Source: a virus
Taxonomy: Duplodnaviria > Caudoviricetes
IMG/VR virus record: IMGVR_UViG_3300020042_000672
Location: 1-25,962 of that record
Strand: one strand, 5' to 3'
Length of the DNA stretch: 25,962 nucleotides
In this document: positions 1 through 8,988 of the stretch, piece by piece
Numbering within the stretch: position 1 is the first letter of the stretch
Layout: every line of letters starts with the position of its first letter
Notes under the pieces: model-generated
Database searches by the model: none
What the model was told of the DNA's origin: nothing
What the model saw: only the letters and a program-made list of their open reading frames with translations
Position numbers and translations under genes: made by a program

Positions 1-152
1 GGACACCAGACCAAGCCAGATGAAAACAGGTCTGATACCGCGTTTACACGCGCTATCTTATCGCTTCCTTTGCTTGGTGTGTACTCCTCAAGAGGGATTC
101 CCATCTGACGAAGCTCGTAGATAAGCGGCGCACCCGCCGCTTTCTTCTCAAC
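1..152 (-). repeat. Inverted copy of terminase gene segment 1611-1762 (151/152 identical)
   Basis: The reverse complement of 1-152 matches 1611-1762 base for base except position 117 vs 1646 (TAC vs TAT, synonymous Tyr). Confidence 0.95.
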
Positions 153-219
153 TCTGCTGCGTTTACACATGGAAGGCAAAAATGTTGAGTTCGCCAGAAC
201 GAATATTTTGCGCAGCAAA

Positions 220-450
220 ATGACACCCCGCAGACAATTGGTTCTCGACTTTATCAAGGCGTATATCCGCATACACGGGATAGCTCCGTCATATGAAGTT
301 GTTGCCAAGGGGCTGAAGATGAAGTCAAAAGCAAATATTCACAGGATTGTTCATCGGCTTCAGGCCGATGGGTACTTGTCGGTAAAACCCCACAAGTTTC
401 ATTCGATCAAGATTGTGGACAGGTCTGTTAAAGAGATGGCTGCTTTATGA
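220..450 (+). CDS. LexA-type N-terminal winged-helix DNA-binding protein, lacking the S24 peptidase domain
   Basis: MTPRRQLVLDFIKAYIRIHGIAPSYEVVAKGLKMKSKANIHRIVHRLQADGYL matches the LexA N-terminal pattern (LT.RQ..ILDFI......G.PPS..EIA..LG..S...V..HL..L...GY). ATG 220 is preferred over ATG 169 because it aligns with the LexA start. ATGA overlap with the terminase gene. Confidence 0.75.
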   Translation: MTPRRQLVLDFIKAYIRIHGIAPSYEVVAKGLKMKSKANIHRIVHRLQADGYLSVKPHKFHSIKIVDRSVKEMAAL

Positions 451-1958
451 GTCTCTTGACCCGTGAAGAGATCATTGAGTACTTAGGCATGGCTAATACA
501 TTGCCGCCAGAAGACAGGGCGAAGGTTTACCAGCTACTGGAGATGGACAGGGTTGAGCGATGTCAGGAGAGCTTTCTCTACTTTGTTACTCAGATGTGGC
601 CCGGGTTTATCTCAGGTAAGCACCACACAATCATGGCAAACGCTTTTGAGCGTGTTGCCGCTGGTACTCTCAAGCGGTTAATTATTAATATGCCTCCCCG
701 GCATACCAAGTCAGAGTTTGCTTCTTACCTGCTTCCGTCGTGGTTTCTGGGTAAGTACCCGGAGAAGAAGATCATTCAGACTGCCCACACCGCAGAGCTT
801 GCAGTTGGCTTTGGGCGCAAGGTAAGGAATCTGGTGCAGTCAGAGAACTACCAGAAGGTATTTGACACCAAGCTGTCGTCAGATTCAAAGGCCGCAGGCC
901 GGTGGAATACCGATAAAGGGGGTGATTACTTCGCTATTGGTGTAGGTGGCGCGGTAACAGGTAAAGGCGCAGATGTATTGATCATTGATGATCCTCATTC
1001 TGAGCAGGAAGCTAGGCAAAACAACCCCGCAGTCTTTGATGGGGTATATGAGTGGTACACATCTGGCCCGCGCCAGCGTTTACAGCCGGGTGGAGCCATC
1101 ATTATTGTGATGACAAGGTGGGCAAAGCGTGACCTAACCGGTCAAATCATCAAGAATTCAGAAAAAGGCGGCGTAGATGACTGGGAAATCATTGAATTCC
1201 CTGCAATTCTGCCCTCTGGAACCCCTTTATGGCCCGGATTTTGGTCAAAAATTGAGCTAGAGGCACTAAAAGCGGAGCTTCCTACAGCGAAATGGGAGGC
1301 GCAGTACCAACAGAACCCTACAGGCAACGAATCAGCCATTATTAAGCGAGATATGTGGCGGATTTGGGAGGGAGACACCCCTCCTTCTTGTGAGTATCTG
1401 ATTCAAAGCTGGGATACCGCCTTTGAGAAGAACAACAGGGCCGATTACTCGGCCTGCACAACGTGGGGAATCTTTCAGCACCCTGACTCTATGGGTAACT
1501 TGAAGCCAAACATCATTGTCCTTGACTCGTTTAAACAGCGTATGGAGTTCCCAGAGCTAAAGAAGCGTGCCTTTGATACGTGGAAGGAATGGAACCCAGA
1601 CACATTGATCGTTGAGAAGAAAGCGGCGGGTGCGCCGCTTATCTATGAGCTTCGTCAGATGGGAATCCCTCTTGAGGAGTACACACCAAGCAAAGGAAGC
1701 GATAAGATAGCGCGTGTAAACGCGGTATCAGACCTGTTTTCATCTGGCTTGGTCTGGTGTCCAGATACCCGCTGGGCTGACGAGTTGATGGAAGAACTCG
1801 CAGCCTTCCCTAACGGCGACAACGATGACCTTGTTGACTCCTCTAGTCAGGCATTGCTTCGTTTCCGCCGGGGCGGGTTCATTCAAATCGACTCAGATGA
1901 GCAAGATGAAGTCAAGTATTTCAAAGGCCGCAGAACAGAGCGGTATTACACCGTTTAA
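447..1958 (+). CDS. terL: Terminase large subunit
   Basis: Walker A-like INMPPRHTKS, Walker B LIIDDP, coupling motif IVMTRW, RNase H-like nuclease QSWDTA and NDDLVDS. Confidence 0.95.
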   Translation: MSLLTREEIIEYLGMANTLPPEDRAKVYQLLEMDRVERCQESFLYFVTQMWPGFISGKHHTIMANAFERVAAGTLKRLIINMPPRHTKSEFASYLLPSWFLGKYPEKKIIQTAHTAELAVGFGRKVRNLVQSENYQKVFDTKLSSDSKAAGRWNTDKGGDYFAIGVGGAVTGKGADVLIIDDPHSEQEARQNNPAVFDGVYEWYTSGPRQRLQPGGAIIIVMTRWAKRDLTGQIIKNSEKGGVDDWEIIEFPAILPSGTPLWPGFWSKIELEALKAELPTAKWEAQYQQNPTGNESAIIKRDMWRIWEGDTPPSCEYLIQSWDTAFEKNNRADYSACTTWGIFQHPDSMGNLKPNIIVLDSFKQRMEFPELKKRAFDTWKEWNPDTLIVEKKAAGAPLIYELRQMGIPLEEYTPSKGSDKIARVNAVSDLFSSGLVWCPDTRWADELMEELAAFPNGDNDDLVDSSSQALLRFRRGGFIQIDSDEQDEVKYFKGRRTERYYTV

Positions 1959-1967
1959 GGATTAAAA

Positions 1968-4457
1968 ATGGCAACAAGTTCAATGGATAAAGGTTTGTAC
2001 GCGGCCCCTATGGGCATGGAGCAAGAGATGGACGCTCCTATTGAGATCGAAATTGAAAACCCGGACTCTGTAGATATAGGCATCGGCGGGCTTCAAATAC
2101 ATATAGAGCCTGACACCGCAGATGAATTTGATGCCAACCTCGCAGAGCTTATGGATGATTCTGACCTCAAGGGTCTGTCCTCGGAGCTTATAGATGATTT
2201 TGATAAAGATACCCGTGACCGCAGAGACTGGATTCAAACCTACGTAGAGGGCTTAAAGCTTCTGGGCCTGCGTTATGAGGAGCGTACAGAACCTTGGCAG
2301 GGAGCCTGCGGGGTGTTTCACCCCATGCTTACTGAGTCTGTTGTTAGGTTTCAGTCAGAAGGAATAACTGAGACATTCCCGGCAATGGGGCCGGTAAAGA
2401 CCAAAATTATCGGCAAAGAAACACCAGAGACAGAAGAAGCTGCCGCAAGAGTTCAAGAAGACATGAACTACCAGCTGACGGAAGTTATGACTGAGTACCG
2501 CCCAGAGCATGAAAAGCTCTTGTGGTCTTTACCCATTACCGGCTCCGCCTTCAAAAAGGTCTACTACGACCCAAATAAAGGCCGCCAGATGGCGGTGTTT
2601 ATCCCCGCAGAAGACCTTGTCATCCCCTACGGCGCAAGAGATATTGAATCCTCAGAGCGTGTTACCCACGTAATGCGCAAGACAAAGAACGAAGTACTAA
2701 AGCTGCAAGAGTCGGGTTTTTACCTAGATACCGACCTTGGCGAGCCAAGCTACGAACTTGATGATGTTGAAAAGCAAAAATCTGAAGAGAACGGCATGTC
2801 CGCCATTCAAGATGATCGCTACCGCATCCTAGAAATGCATGTTGATATTGATCTGCCCGGCTTTGAGCATGAGAATAAAAAGGGCGAGAAGACAGGGATT
2901 GCCCTGCCTTACGTAATCACGGTGGAAAAATCATCTGGCGAAATTCTTTCAATTAGGAGAAATTGGTATGACGGAGATCCCCTGCACATTAAACGTCAAC
3001 ATTTTGTCCACTACCAATACATCCCCGGTGATGGCTTCTATGGCTATGGTCTTATCCACCTTATCGGGGGATACGCAAAAAGCGCAACGATGCTCATCCG
3101 TCAGCTTGTGGATGCGGGAACACTCTCAAACCTACCCGGCGGCCTCAAGTCTCGCGGTCTTCGCATCAAAGGTGATGACACGCCGATCCAGCCCGGAGAA
3201 TTCCGCGATGTAGATGTGCCTTCGGGGTCTATCCGCGACAACATTCTTCCTCTTCCTTACAAGGAGCCAAGTCAGGTTCTATTCGCCTTGTTCCAGAACA
3301 TCGTTGAAGAAGGCCGCTCTTTTGCCAACGGCGGAGACATGAATGTCTCTGATATGTCTGCCCAAGCTCCGGTAGGCACAACCTTGGCAATTCTGGAAAG
3401 AACCCTGAAGGTCATGGGCGCAGTCCAGTCCCGTATGCATTTCTCTATGAAGCAGGAGTTCAAGCTTCTCAAAGTGATAATTGCCGACTACGCGCCAGAG
3501 GACTACGACTACGAGCCGGAAGATGGCAGCCGCGCAGCCCGCAAGTCGGACTACGACTCCACGGACGTTATCCCGGTCAGTGATCCTAATGCCTCAACAA
3601 TGGCGCAGAAGATTGTCCAGTATCAGGCAGTCCTCCAGCTAGCCCAAGGCGCACCCCAGTTATATGACCTGCCCTTACTGCACCGTCAAATGATTGAAGT
3701 TCTGGGGGTCAAGAACGCCAATAAGCTTGTCAAAACTGAAGACGACCAAGTCCCGACCGACCCGGTGCAGGAAAACCAAAATGTCATGACAGGCCAGCCG
3801 GTCAAGGCATTTGTCCAACAAAACCATGAGGCCCACATCCAAGTCCACATGATGGCAATGCAAGACCCAAAAATTGTCCAAATCATTTCTCAGAGTCCGC
3901 AGGCCCAGATGATTCAGGCTGCAATGCTTGCCCACATCAACGAGCATGTGGGCTTTCAGTACCGCATGGAGATTGAGAAGCGAATGGGTATTTCCATTCC
4001 CGTTGAAGACCAAAACAAGCAAATCCCACCGGAAATGGCAAATCACATTGCCATCATGGCGGCAGATGCTGCCAAGCAATTGTTTACACAGAACAACCAA
4101 GAGGCAAAACAACAACAGGCCCAACAACAAATGCAAGACCCAATTGTCCAGATGCAAATGCAAGAACTCCAGATTAAGCAGGGCGAGTTGCAGTTAAAGC
4201 AGCAGAAACAGCAAATTGACGCTGCGGCTAAGGCAGACCAAATCAGGGTAGAAGAGTCCCGGATTGCGGTTCAAAAGGAAATTGCTTTTATGCAAGTTGC
4301 AGCAAACTCTGCCGCAAAGCTTGATCAAATGAATAAGAAAGCTGAATCTGACGGCGCTCGTCTGGGCGTTGACATTCAAAAACATCGCGCACAAATGGCG
4401 ATGCAAAACGCGCAGAAAACTGCGCAACAACTTCCTAATAAACCCAAGAAAGGTTGA
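1968..4457 (+). CDS. Portal protein with long Gln-rich C-terminal coiled coil (P22-like barrel)
   Basis: 829 aa directly after terL with an AAGGA RBS. Motifs GSAFKKVYYD and GFYGYGLIHL are typical of podovirus-like portals, followed by a helical Q/A-rich tail. Confidence 0.85.
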   Translation: MATSSMDKGLYAAPMGMEQEMDAPIEIEIENPDSVDIGIGGLQIHIEPDTADEFDANLAELMDDSDLKGLSSELIDDFDKDTRDRRDWIQTYVEGLKLLGLRYEERTEPWQGACGVFHPMLTESVVRFQSEGITETFPAMGPVKTKIIGKETPETEEAAARVQEDMNYQLTEVMTEYRPEHEKLLWSLPITGSAFKKVYYDPNKGRQMAVFIPAEDLVIPYGARDIESSERVTHVMRKTKNEVLKLQESGFYLDTDLGEPSYELDDVEKQKSEENGMSAIQDDRYRILEMHVDIDLPGFEHENKKGEKTGIALPYVITVEKSSGEILSIRRNWYDGDPLHIKRQHFVHYQYIPGDGFYGYGLIHLIGGYAKSATMLIRQLVDAGTLSNLPGGLKSRGLRIKGDDTPIQPGEFRDVDVPSGSIRDNILPLPYKEPSQVLFALFQNIVEEGRSFANGGDMNVSDMSAQAPVGTTLAILERTLKVMGAVQSRMHFSMKQEFKLLKVIIADYAPEDYDYEPEDGSRAARKSDYDSTDVIPVSDPNASTMAQKIVQYQAVLQLAQGAPQLYDLPLLHRQMIEVLGVKNANKLVKTEDDQVPTDPVQENQNVMTGQPVKAFVQQNHEAHIQVHMMAMQDPKIVQIISQSPQAQMIQAAMLAHINEHVGFQYRMEIEKRMGISIPVEDQNKQIPPEMANHIAIMAADAAKQLFTQNNQEAKQQQAQQQMQDPIVQMQMQELQIKQGELQLKQQKQQIDAAAKADQIRVEESRIAVQKEIAFMQVAANSAAKLDQMNKKAESDGARLGVDIQKHRAQMAMQNAQKTAQQLPNKPKKG

Positions 4458-4660
4458 ATATGGATGCAACTCATGTCTTAAGGCATGTGCGAACTGAGCT
4501 TGCAAAAATCCGCGCAGATCAGGCGGAGTTTGTAGCCAGCGGGAGAGTAGCTGATTTTGCCGAGTATCGGCATGTTTGCGGGGTGCTTCGAGGTCTTGAC
4601 CGCGCAAATGAGCTAGTAACCGACCTTGCGAAGAAAATGGAGTTATCCGATGACGACTGA
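4454..4660 (+). CDS. Small helical hypothetical protein
   Basis: Overlaps the portal stop and the next start. Start is TTG 4454 or ATG 4460. Confidence 0.65.
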   Translation: MNMDATHVLRHVRTELAKIRADQAEFVASGRVADFAEYRHVCGVLRGLDRANELVTDLAKKMELSDDD

Positions 4661-5063
4661 ATTTGACGTTGAAGCAATAGACCTTACAAAGGTCTTAAAT
4701 GCCACAGCCGAGGAAAAGGCCAAACAACTACCTGAACCTAAACGGTATATGTTGCTATGCGTAGTTCCTGAAGCGATGGAAGAGTTCGCTGACAGCGAGA
4801 TTGGGATTGTCAAATCAAGCCAGTCCATGTATTACGAAGAAGTACTGACCCCAGTGCTTTTCGTGGTCAAGCTTGGCCCCGATGCCTATAAAGACACTAC
4901 ACGGTTCCCCGGTGGCCCATCGTGTAAGGAAGGTGACTTTGTCATCGTCCGCCCCAATTCAGGCACGCGCCTGAAGATTCATGGTCGTGAATTCCGCCTC
5001 ATTAATGATGATTCGGTTGAAGCGGTTGTGGAAGATCCTCGCGGAATCACCCGCGCATCATAA
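4650..5063 (+). CDS. GroES/Cpn10-like co-chaperonin
   Basis: GGAG RBS before ATG 4650. LPEP..YMLL, a mobile-loop-like GIVK segment, VVKLGPDAY and CKEGDFVI...GTRLKIHGREFRLINDDSVEAVV follow the GroES pattern. Confidence 0.8.
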   Translation: MTTEFDVEAIDLTKVLNATAEEKAKQLPEPKRYMLLCVVPEAMEEFADSEIGIVKSSQSMYYEEVLTPVLFVVKLGPDAYKDTTRFPGGPSCKEGDFVIVRPNSGTRLKIHGREFRLINDDSVEAVVEDPRGITRAS

Positions 5064-5072
5064 GGAGCAAAC

Positions 5073-6026
5073 ATGGCAACATACGAAGCAGAGTACAAAT
5101 TCCCAGACGAAGAAACTCCAGAGAAAGAAGAAAAGTTTTCTGTTGACATTGAGGACGATACACCCGAACCCGATAAGGGTCGAAAGAATTCTGGCCCGAT
5201 CAATGAACCGGAGGACGAAGAACTCTCCCAGTACAGCAAAGATGTACAAGACCGAGTTGGCAAACTTAAGCGCGGCTATCACGATGAACGCAGGGCCAAG
5301 GAAAGGGCTGAGCGGGAACGTCAGGCCGCAGAAGATTTTGCCCGTCAGGTGTATGACGAAAACAAGCGTTTAAAAGGACAGCTTAAAACCGGCAGCGAAG
5401 TCTTCATTGAGCAAAACAAATCCACGGCACAAATGTCGCTGGAATCAGCCAAAAAGAAATACAAAGAAGCTTATGAGTCCGGGGATTCTGATGGTGTTGC
5501 GGATGCGCAAATGGAGATCACCAAGGCAACTCTCAGGATCGACCGAGCAGAACAGATGCGCCCAATCGACGAACCGGAAGCCCCGGCCCCGCAGGTAGCT
5601 CAAAAGCCTAACGTCACTCCCCGCACGCAGGAGTGGATTGATGACAACGTAAAGTGGTTTGGCGTAGACGATGAAATGACTATGGCGGCAATGGGGCTTG
5701 ACAAGAAGCTCAAAACCCAATATGGTGACAACTATGCGGGTACTGAAGAGTATTTCCGTACCATCGATAAAACGATGCGCAAAAGATTTCCTGAGCATTT
5801 CGATGCTCAGCGCCATGAGGACGATGACGACTCAAACAGGTCATCAGAAACGGATGAGGAACCTCCTCGCCGCGCAAAACCAGCTTCCGTCGTGGCTCCG
5901 GCTACACGAAGCACACCCCCTACTCGCATAAAGCTCAAAGCATCTGAGGCCGCCCTTGCGCGTCGTCTTGGCGTGCCTATAGAGGAATATGCAAAACAGG
6001 TTGCAAACTTAAGAAGGAATGGCTGA
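5073..6026 (+). CDS. Putative capsid scaffolding protein
   Basis: AAGGAG RBS. Acidic, coiled-coil-rich 317 aa protein between portal and capsid, ending in a short helical segment (LARRLGVPIEEYAKQV) like scaffold coat-binding tails. Confidence 0.65.
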   Translation: MATYEAEYKFPDEETPEKEEKFSVDIEDDTPEPDKGRKNSGPINEPEDEELSQYSKDVQDRVGKLKRGYHDERRAKERAERERQAAEDFARQVYDENKRLKGQLKTGSEVFIEQNKSTAQMSLESAKKKYKEAYESGDSDGVADAQMEITKATLRIDRAEQMRPIDEPEAPAPQVAQKPNVTPRTQEWIDDNVKWFGVDDEMTMAAMGLDKKLKTQYGDNYAGTEEYFRTIDKTMRKRFPEHFDAQRHEDDDDSNRSSETDEEPPRRAKPASVVAPATRSTPPTRIKLKASEAALARRLGVPIEEYAKQVANLRRNG

Positions 6027-6501
6027 AATGGATCAAGTTCAAACGCCTGAAAAGGCTCAAAACCGCAAGCCCCGTGACTTGGAGACTCGACGAGAAATGC
6101 AGCGCCCAACGGCGTGGCGTGTCCCCGAGGTTCTACCGTCCCCCGATCCCCGTCCTGACTGGGCGCATCGCTGGATTCGGACAAGCACACTGGGTAAATC
6201 CGACGACGCAAACATTTCTTCTAAATTTCGAGAGGGATATGAACCCGTAGTAGCGGTAGATTACCCGGAGCTAATGATGCATGAATCTACGGAAGGTCGC
6301 TTCAAAGGCAGTATCGAAATTGGTGGGTTAATTCTTTGCCGCATACCGGCTGAGTTCATGAAACAACGGGATGATCACTTTGCCCGTCAGAACAAGGCTC
6401 AGATGGATTCGGTGGATAACACCTACATGAGAGACAGTGATCCACGTATGTCGAAATTCTCAGAAAGATCGACAAAAGTGACATTTGGCACAGGTACATA
6501 A
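6019..6501 (+). CDS. Hypothetical head-module protein
   Basis: 160 aa ORF with AAGGA RBS, overlapping the scaffold stop. Confidence 0.7.
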   Translation: MAEMDQVQTPEKAQNRKPRDLETRREMQRPTAWRVPEVLPSPDPRPDWAHRWIRTSTLGKSDDANISSKFREGYEPVVAVDYPELMMHESTEGRFKGSIEIGGLILCRIPAEFMKQRDDHFARQNKAQMDSVDNTYMRDSDPRMSKFSERSTKVTFGTGT

Positions 6502-6521
6502 ACTTTTCAAAGGAGTCTTAA

Positions 6522-7364
6522 ATGGCTTATCCCGCTGTATCAGCTCCGTATGGGCTGTTGCCGCAGAACCTAATTGGTGGTCAAGTATTTGCGGGTTCTA
6601 CCCGTATGTACCCTATCCAGTACGGTTATGCGACCGACATCTTCTATGGTGATTTCGTCGTACTATCGCGTGGTTCTGTAACCCGCGCCTCAGTTTCTAC
6701 TGGCACTGGTTTAAACCAGACCGTTGGTATTTTCTTAGGTTGTACTTATACAAATCCGTTAAACAAGCAAAAGCAATTTGCTCAATACTGGCCTTCAGGA
6801 ACCCTCGCAGGTGACTGCCAAGCCTATGTATTGGATGACCCTGATGCTGTGTTCAAGGCTGTTGTATGTTCCGCCACTACTGTTGTTGCTTCTGCTGCTA
6901 TGGCTATGATTGGTACTAACCTATCTGCCATTAACAATACAGGTAGCACAACCACTGGCAACTCTGCTAACGCAGTGTTGGCTCCAACAGCAACTCCAGT
7001 AACAACCACCTTACCTTTGCGTTTGGTTGGCTTGGTGCAGGAATCTGCCATTTCAGTAAGTGCAACCGGCTCTTCATCCACTACAACAATTACCTTAACT
7101 GGTTCTGGCTTGCCTAGTGCAATCCCTGTTGGAACAGATGTAGCCTACCTTGCAGCAAACGGGCAAATCATTCAAACAGGTTCTTTTGTAACCGCCGCAG
7201 CTTCAGCCGCTGCAACGTCAGTTACGATTAACGCTACGATTGCAGTCCCCGGCAGTGTTACGGCTATTCCTAGCGCGTCCACTATAGTGTTCACCCAGTA
7301 TCCTGAAGTTTTGGTTAAATTTAACCAAGCACTGCACGGTTACTATTCTGCCACTGGCGCATAA
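6522..7364 (+). CDS. Putative capsid decoration/cement protein with Ser/Thr/Ala-rich beta insertion
   Basis: AAGGAG RBS, immediately upstream of the major capsid gene, beta-rich composition (GIFLGCTY...YVLDDPDAVF). Confidence 0.55.
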   Translation: MAYPAVSAPYGLLPQNLIGGQVFAGSTRMYPIQYGYATDIFYGDFVVLSRGSVTRASVSTGTGLNQTVGIFLGCTYTNPLNKQKQFAQYWPSGTLAGDCQAYVLDDPDAVFKAVVCSATTVVASAAMAMIGTNLSAINNTGSTTTGNSANAVLAPTATPVTTTLPLRLVGLVQESAISVSATGSSSTTTITLTGSGLPSAIPVGTDVAYLAANGQIIQTGSFVTAAASAAATSVTINATIAVPGSVTAIPSASTIVFTQYPEVLVKFNQALHGYYSATGA

Positions 7365-7375
7365 GGAGCAACTAA

Positions 7376-8287
7376 ATGGCTATTTCACGCGCACAACTAT
7401 TGAAGGAACTGCTTCCCGGACTGAACGCTTTGTTTGGTATGGAGTACGCTCGTTACGGTGAACAACATAAAGAAATTTATGAAACCGAAACCTCAGAGCG
7501 TTCTTTTGAAGAAGAAACCAAGCTGTCTGGCTTCTCTGCTGCACCAGTCAAAAACGAGGGTTCTGCCATCGCTTATGACAATGCTCAAGAGGCATGGACT
7601 ACCCGCTACAACCACGAAACCATTGCCCTTGGTTTTTCAATCACTGAAGAAGCGATTGAAGATAACTTGTACGACAGCTTGTCTGCTCGCTACACCAAAG
7701 GTCTGGCCCGTGCTATGGCGTACACCAAGCAGGTAAAAGCTGCCGCTATCCTCAACAACGGTTTTTCCGCTGCTTATGCTGGCGGTGACGGCGTTGCTTT
7801 GTTTAGCACTGCTCACCCCTTGGTTAACGGTGGAACCAACTCCAACCGTCCTTCCACTGCCGCTGACTTGAATGAAACTTCGTTGGAAAACGCCGTCATT
7901 CAGATCGCTGCATGGACAGACGAGCGTGGTCTGTTGATCGCCGCCAAGCCCAAGAAGCTGATTGTTCCTCCTGCATTGCAGTTCGTTGCTACCCGCCTGT
8001 TGGAAACCAGCCTGCGTGTTGGCACAACCGACAACGACATCAATGCTCTGAAAAACAATGGCTCCATCCCTGAAGGGTATACACAGAACAACTACCTGAC
8101 CGACACAAACGGTTGGTATTTGACTACTGATGTACCTAACGGTCTGAAGCATTTCGTTCGTTCACCCCTTGCTAACAGCATGGACGGCGACTTTGATACC
8201 GGCAACGTCCGTTACAAAGCCCGTGAGCGTTACAGCTTCGGTTGGTCTGATCCGTTGGGAATGTTTGGTTCCCCCGGTACGTCCTAA
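7376..8287 (+). CDS. Major capsid protein (HK97 fold expected)
   Basis: 303 aa, AAGGAG RBS, followed by a strong terminator. PKKLIVPPALQ...A.RLL and YKARERYSFGWSDP resemble Mu gpT-like head proteins. Confidence 0.85.
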   Translation: MAISRAQLLKELLPGLNALFGMEYARYGEQHKEIYETETSERSFEEETKLSGFSAAPVKNEGSAIAYDNAQEAWTTRYNHETIALGFSITEEAIEDNLYDSLSARYTKGLARAMAYTKQVKAAAILNNGFSAAYAGGDGVALFSTAHPLVNGGTNSNRPSTAADLNETSLENAVIQIAAWTDERGLLIAAKPKKLIVPPALQFVATRLLETSLRVGTTDNDINALKNNGSIPEGYTQNNYLTDTNGWYLTTDVPNGLKHFVRSPLANSMDGDFDTGNVRYKARERYSFGWSDPLGMFGSPGTS

Positions 8288-8299
8288 TAGGGCGACAGG

Positions 8300-8325
8300 A
8301 AAAGGGGGCTTCGGCTCCCTTTTTT
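8300..8325 (+). terminator. Rho-independent terminator after the major capsid gene
   Basis: AAAAGGGGGC-TTCG-GCTCCCTTTTTT: cUUCGg tetraloop stem followed by a U tract. Confidence 0.9.
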
Positions 8326-8338
8326 ATTGTTTAAACTC

Positions 8339-8367
8339 TTGTTGACATCGTTTAAATGGTGTATATT
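8339..8367 (+). promoter_or_regulatory. Putative sigma70-type promoter
   Basis: TTGTTG (8339-8344), 17 nt spacer, TATATT (8362-8367), in an AT-rich gap just after the terminator. Confidence 0.5.
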
Positions 8368-8376
8368 GAACACATT

Positions 8377-8446
8377 CCGAGATTCATCGGCGTATCAAAC
8401 AGGCTCGGCTGACCTCATGCAGATTGATACGCTACAACGCATGGAG
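8377..8446 (+). ncRNA. Candidate cis-regulatory leader RNA with interlocking helices
   Basis: CCGAG(8377-81)/CTCGG(8404-08); GCGTATCAA(8390-98)/TTGATACGC(8424-32); TCATGC(8415-20)/GCATGG(8439-44). The last helix overlaps the GGAG RBS of the gene at 8455. Confidence 0.6.
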
Positions 8447-8454
8447 ATATAAAT

Positions 8455-8946
8455 ATGGGATTCGCAACTCACCTTGGCCCTTGGTTGTTGGGTACTGTTA
8501 AAAACACAACCGGTACTACTGCTGGCACTATCCGCAACTTGGGCGCAACAGTTGTATCGCAGTCCAAAGCCATTTTGTACACGGACATTACGGCAGCTAC
8601 GTCCGCTTTTACAATTCCAGCAGGCTCACAGATTCTTTCTGCGACTTTTAACACCACTGTTGCCTATGCAACAACAACTCCTACATACGTTTTGCAAGTA
8701 AATGGCACAGCCATTAACACAGCAGCTAACGGTAGCGTATTCACAAACACGGGTATTGTTAATTTGTTGCTTGGCAATAACTCTGCCGCCGCCGCTGTGC
8801 TGTGTAACAACGTAGGTACGACAGACGCAATCATCACGTTTACACAGGCCAACGTCACCGCCACATCTGGTGCTGGCATATTGACCTTGACGTATGTCGT
8901 CAAAGACTCTGACGGTTCTGCTAACCCAACCGCCACTCAACAATAA
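8455..8946 (+). CDS. Thr/Ala-rich beta protein, probable virion surface protein
   Basis: GGAG RBS, 163 aa, beta-sandwich-like composition (FTIPAGSQIL...GILTLTYV), located after the capsid gene. Confidence 0.65.
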   Translation: MGFATHLGPWLLGTVKNTTGTTAGTIRNLGATVVSQSKAILYTDITAATSAFTIPAGSQILSATFNTTVAYATTTPTYVLQVNGTAINTAANGSVFTNTGIVNLLLGNNSAAAAVLCNNVGTTDAIITFTQANVTATSGAGILTLTYVVKDSDGSANPTATQQ

Positions 8947-8953
8947 TTGATCT

Positions 8954-8973
8954 AAGGGGCTTCGGCCCCTTTT
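8954..8973 (+). terminator. UUCG hairpin, weak terminator or mRNA-stabilising stem
   Basis: AAGGGGC-TTCG-GCCCCTTTT with a short U tract. Confidence 0.65.
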
Positions 8974-8988
8974 AAAAGGAGATTGATT

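Noticed and set aside
17-142. Hammerhead-like CTGACGA (105-111) and a terminator-like hairpin (123-142)
   Set aside because: The segment is the reverse complement of terL coding sequence, and no correctly placed GAAA and stems for a hammerhead core were found.
189-200. GTTC-N4-GAAC as a canonical SOS box
   Set aside because: It is the inverse arrangement of the Gram-positive GAAC-N4-GTTC box and does not match CTGT-N8-ACAG. It is kept only as a generic palindrome.
8342-8347. Perfect TTGACA as the -35 element
   Set aside because: It is only 14 nt from TATATT. TTGTTG at 8339 gives the canonical 17 nt spacing.
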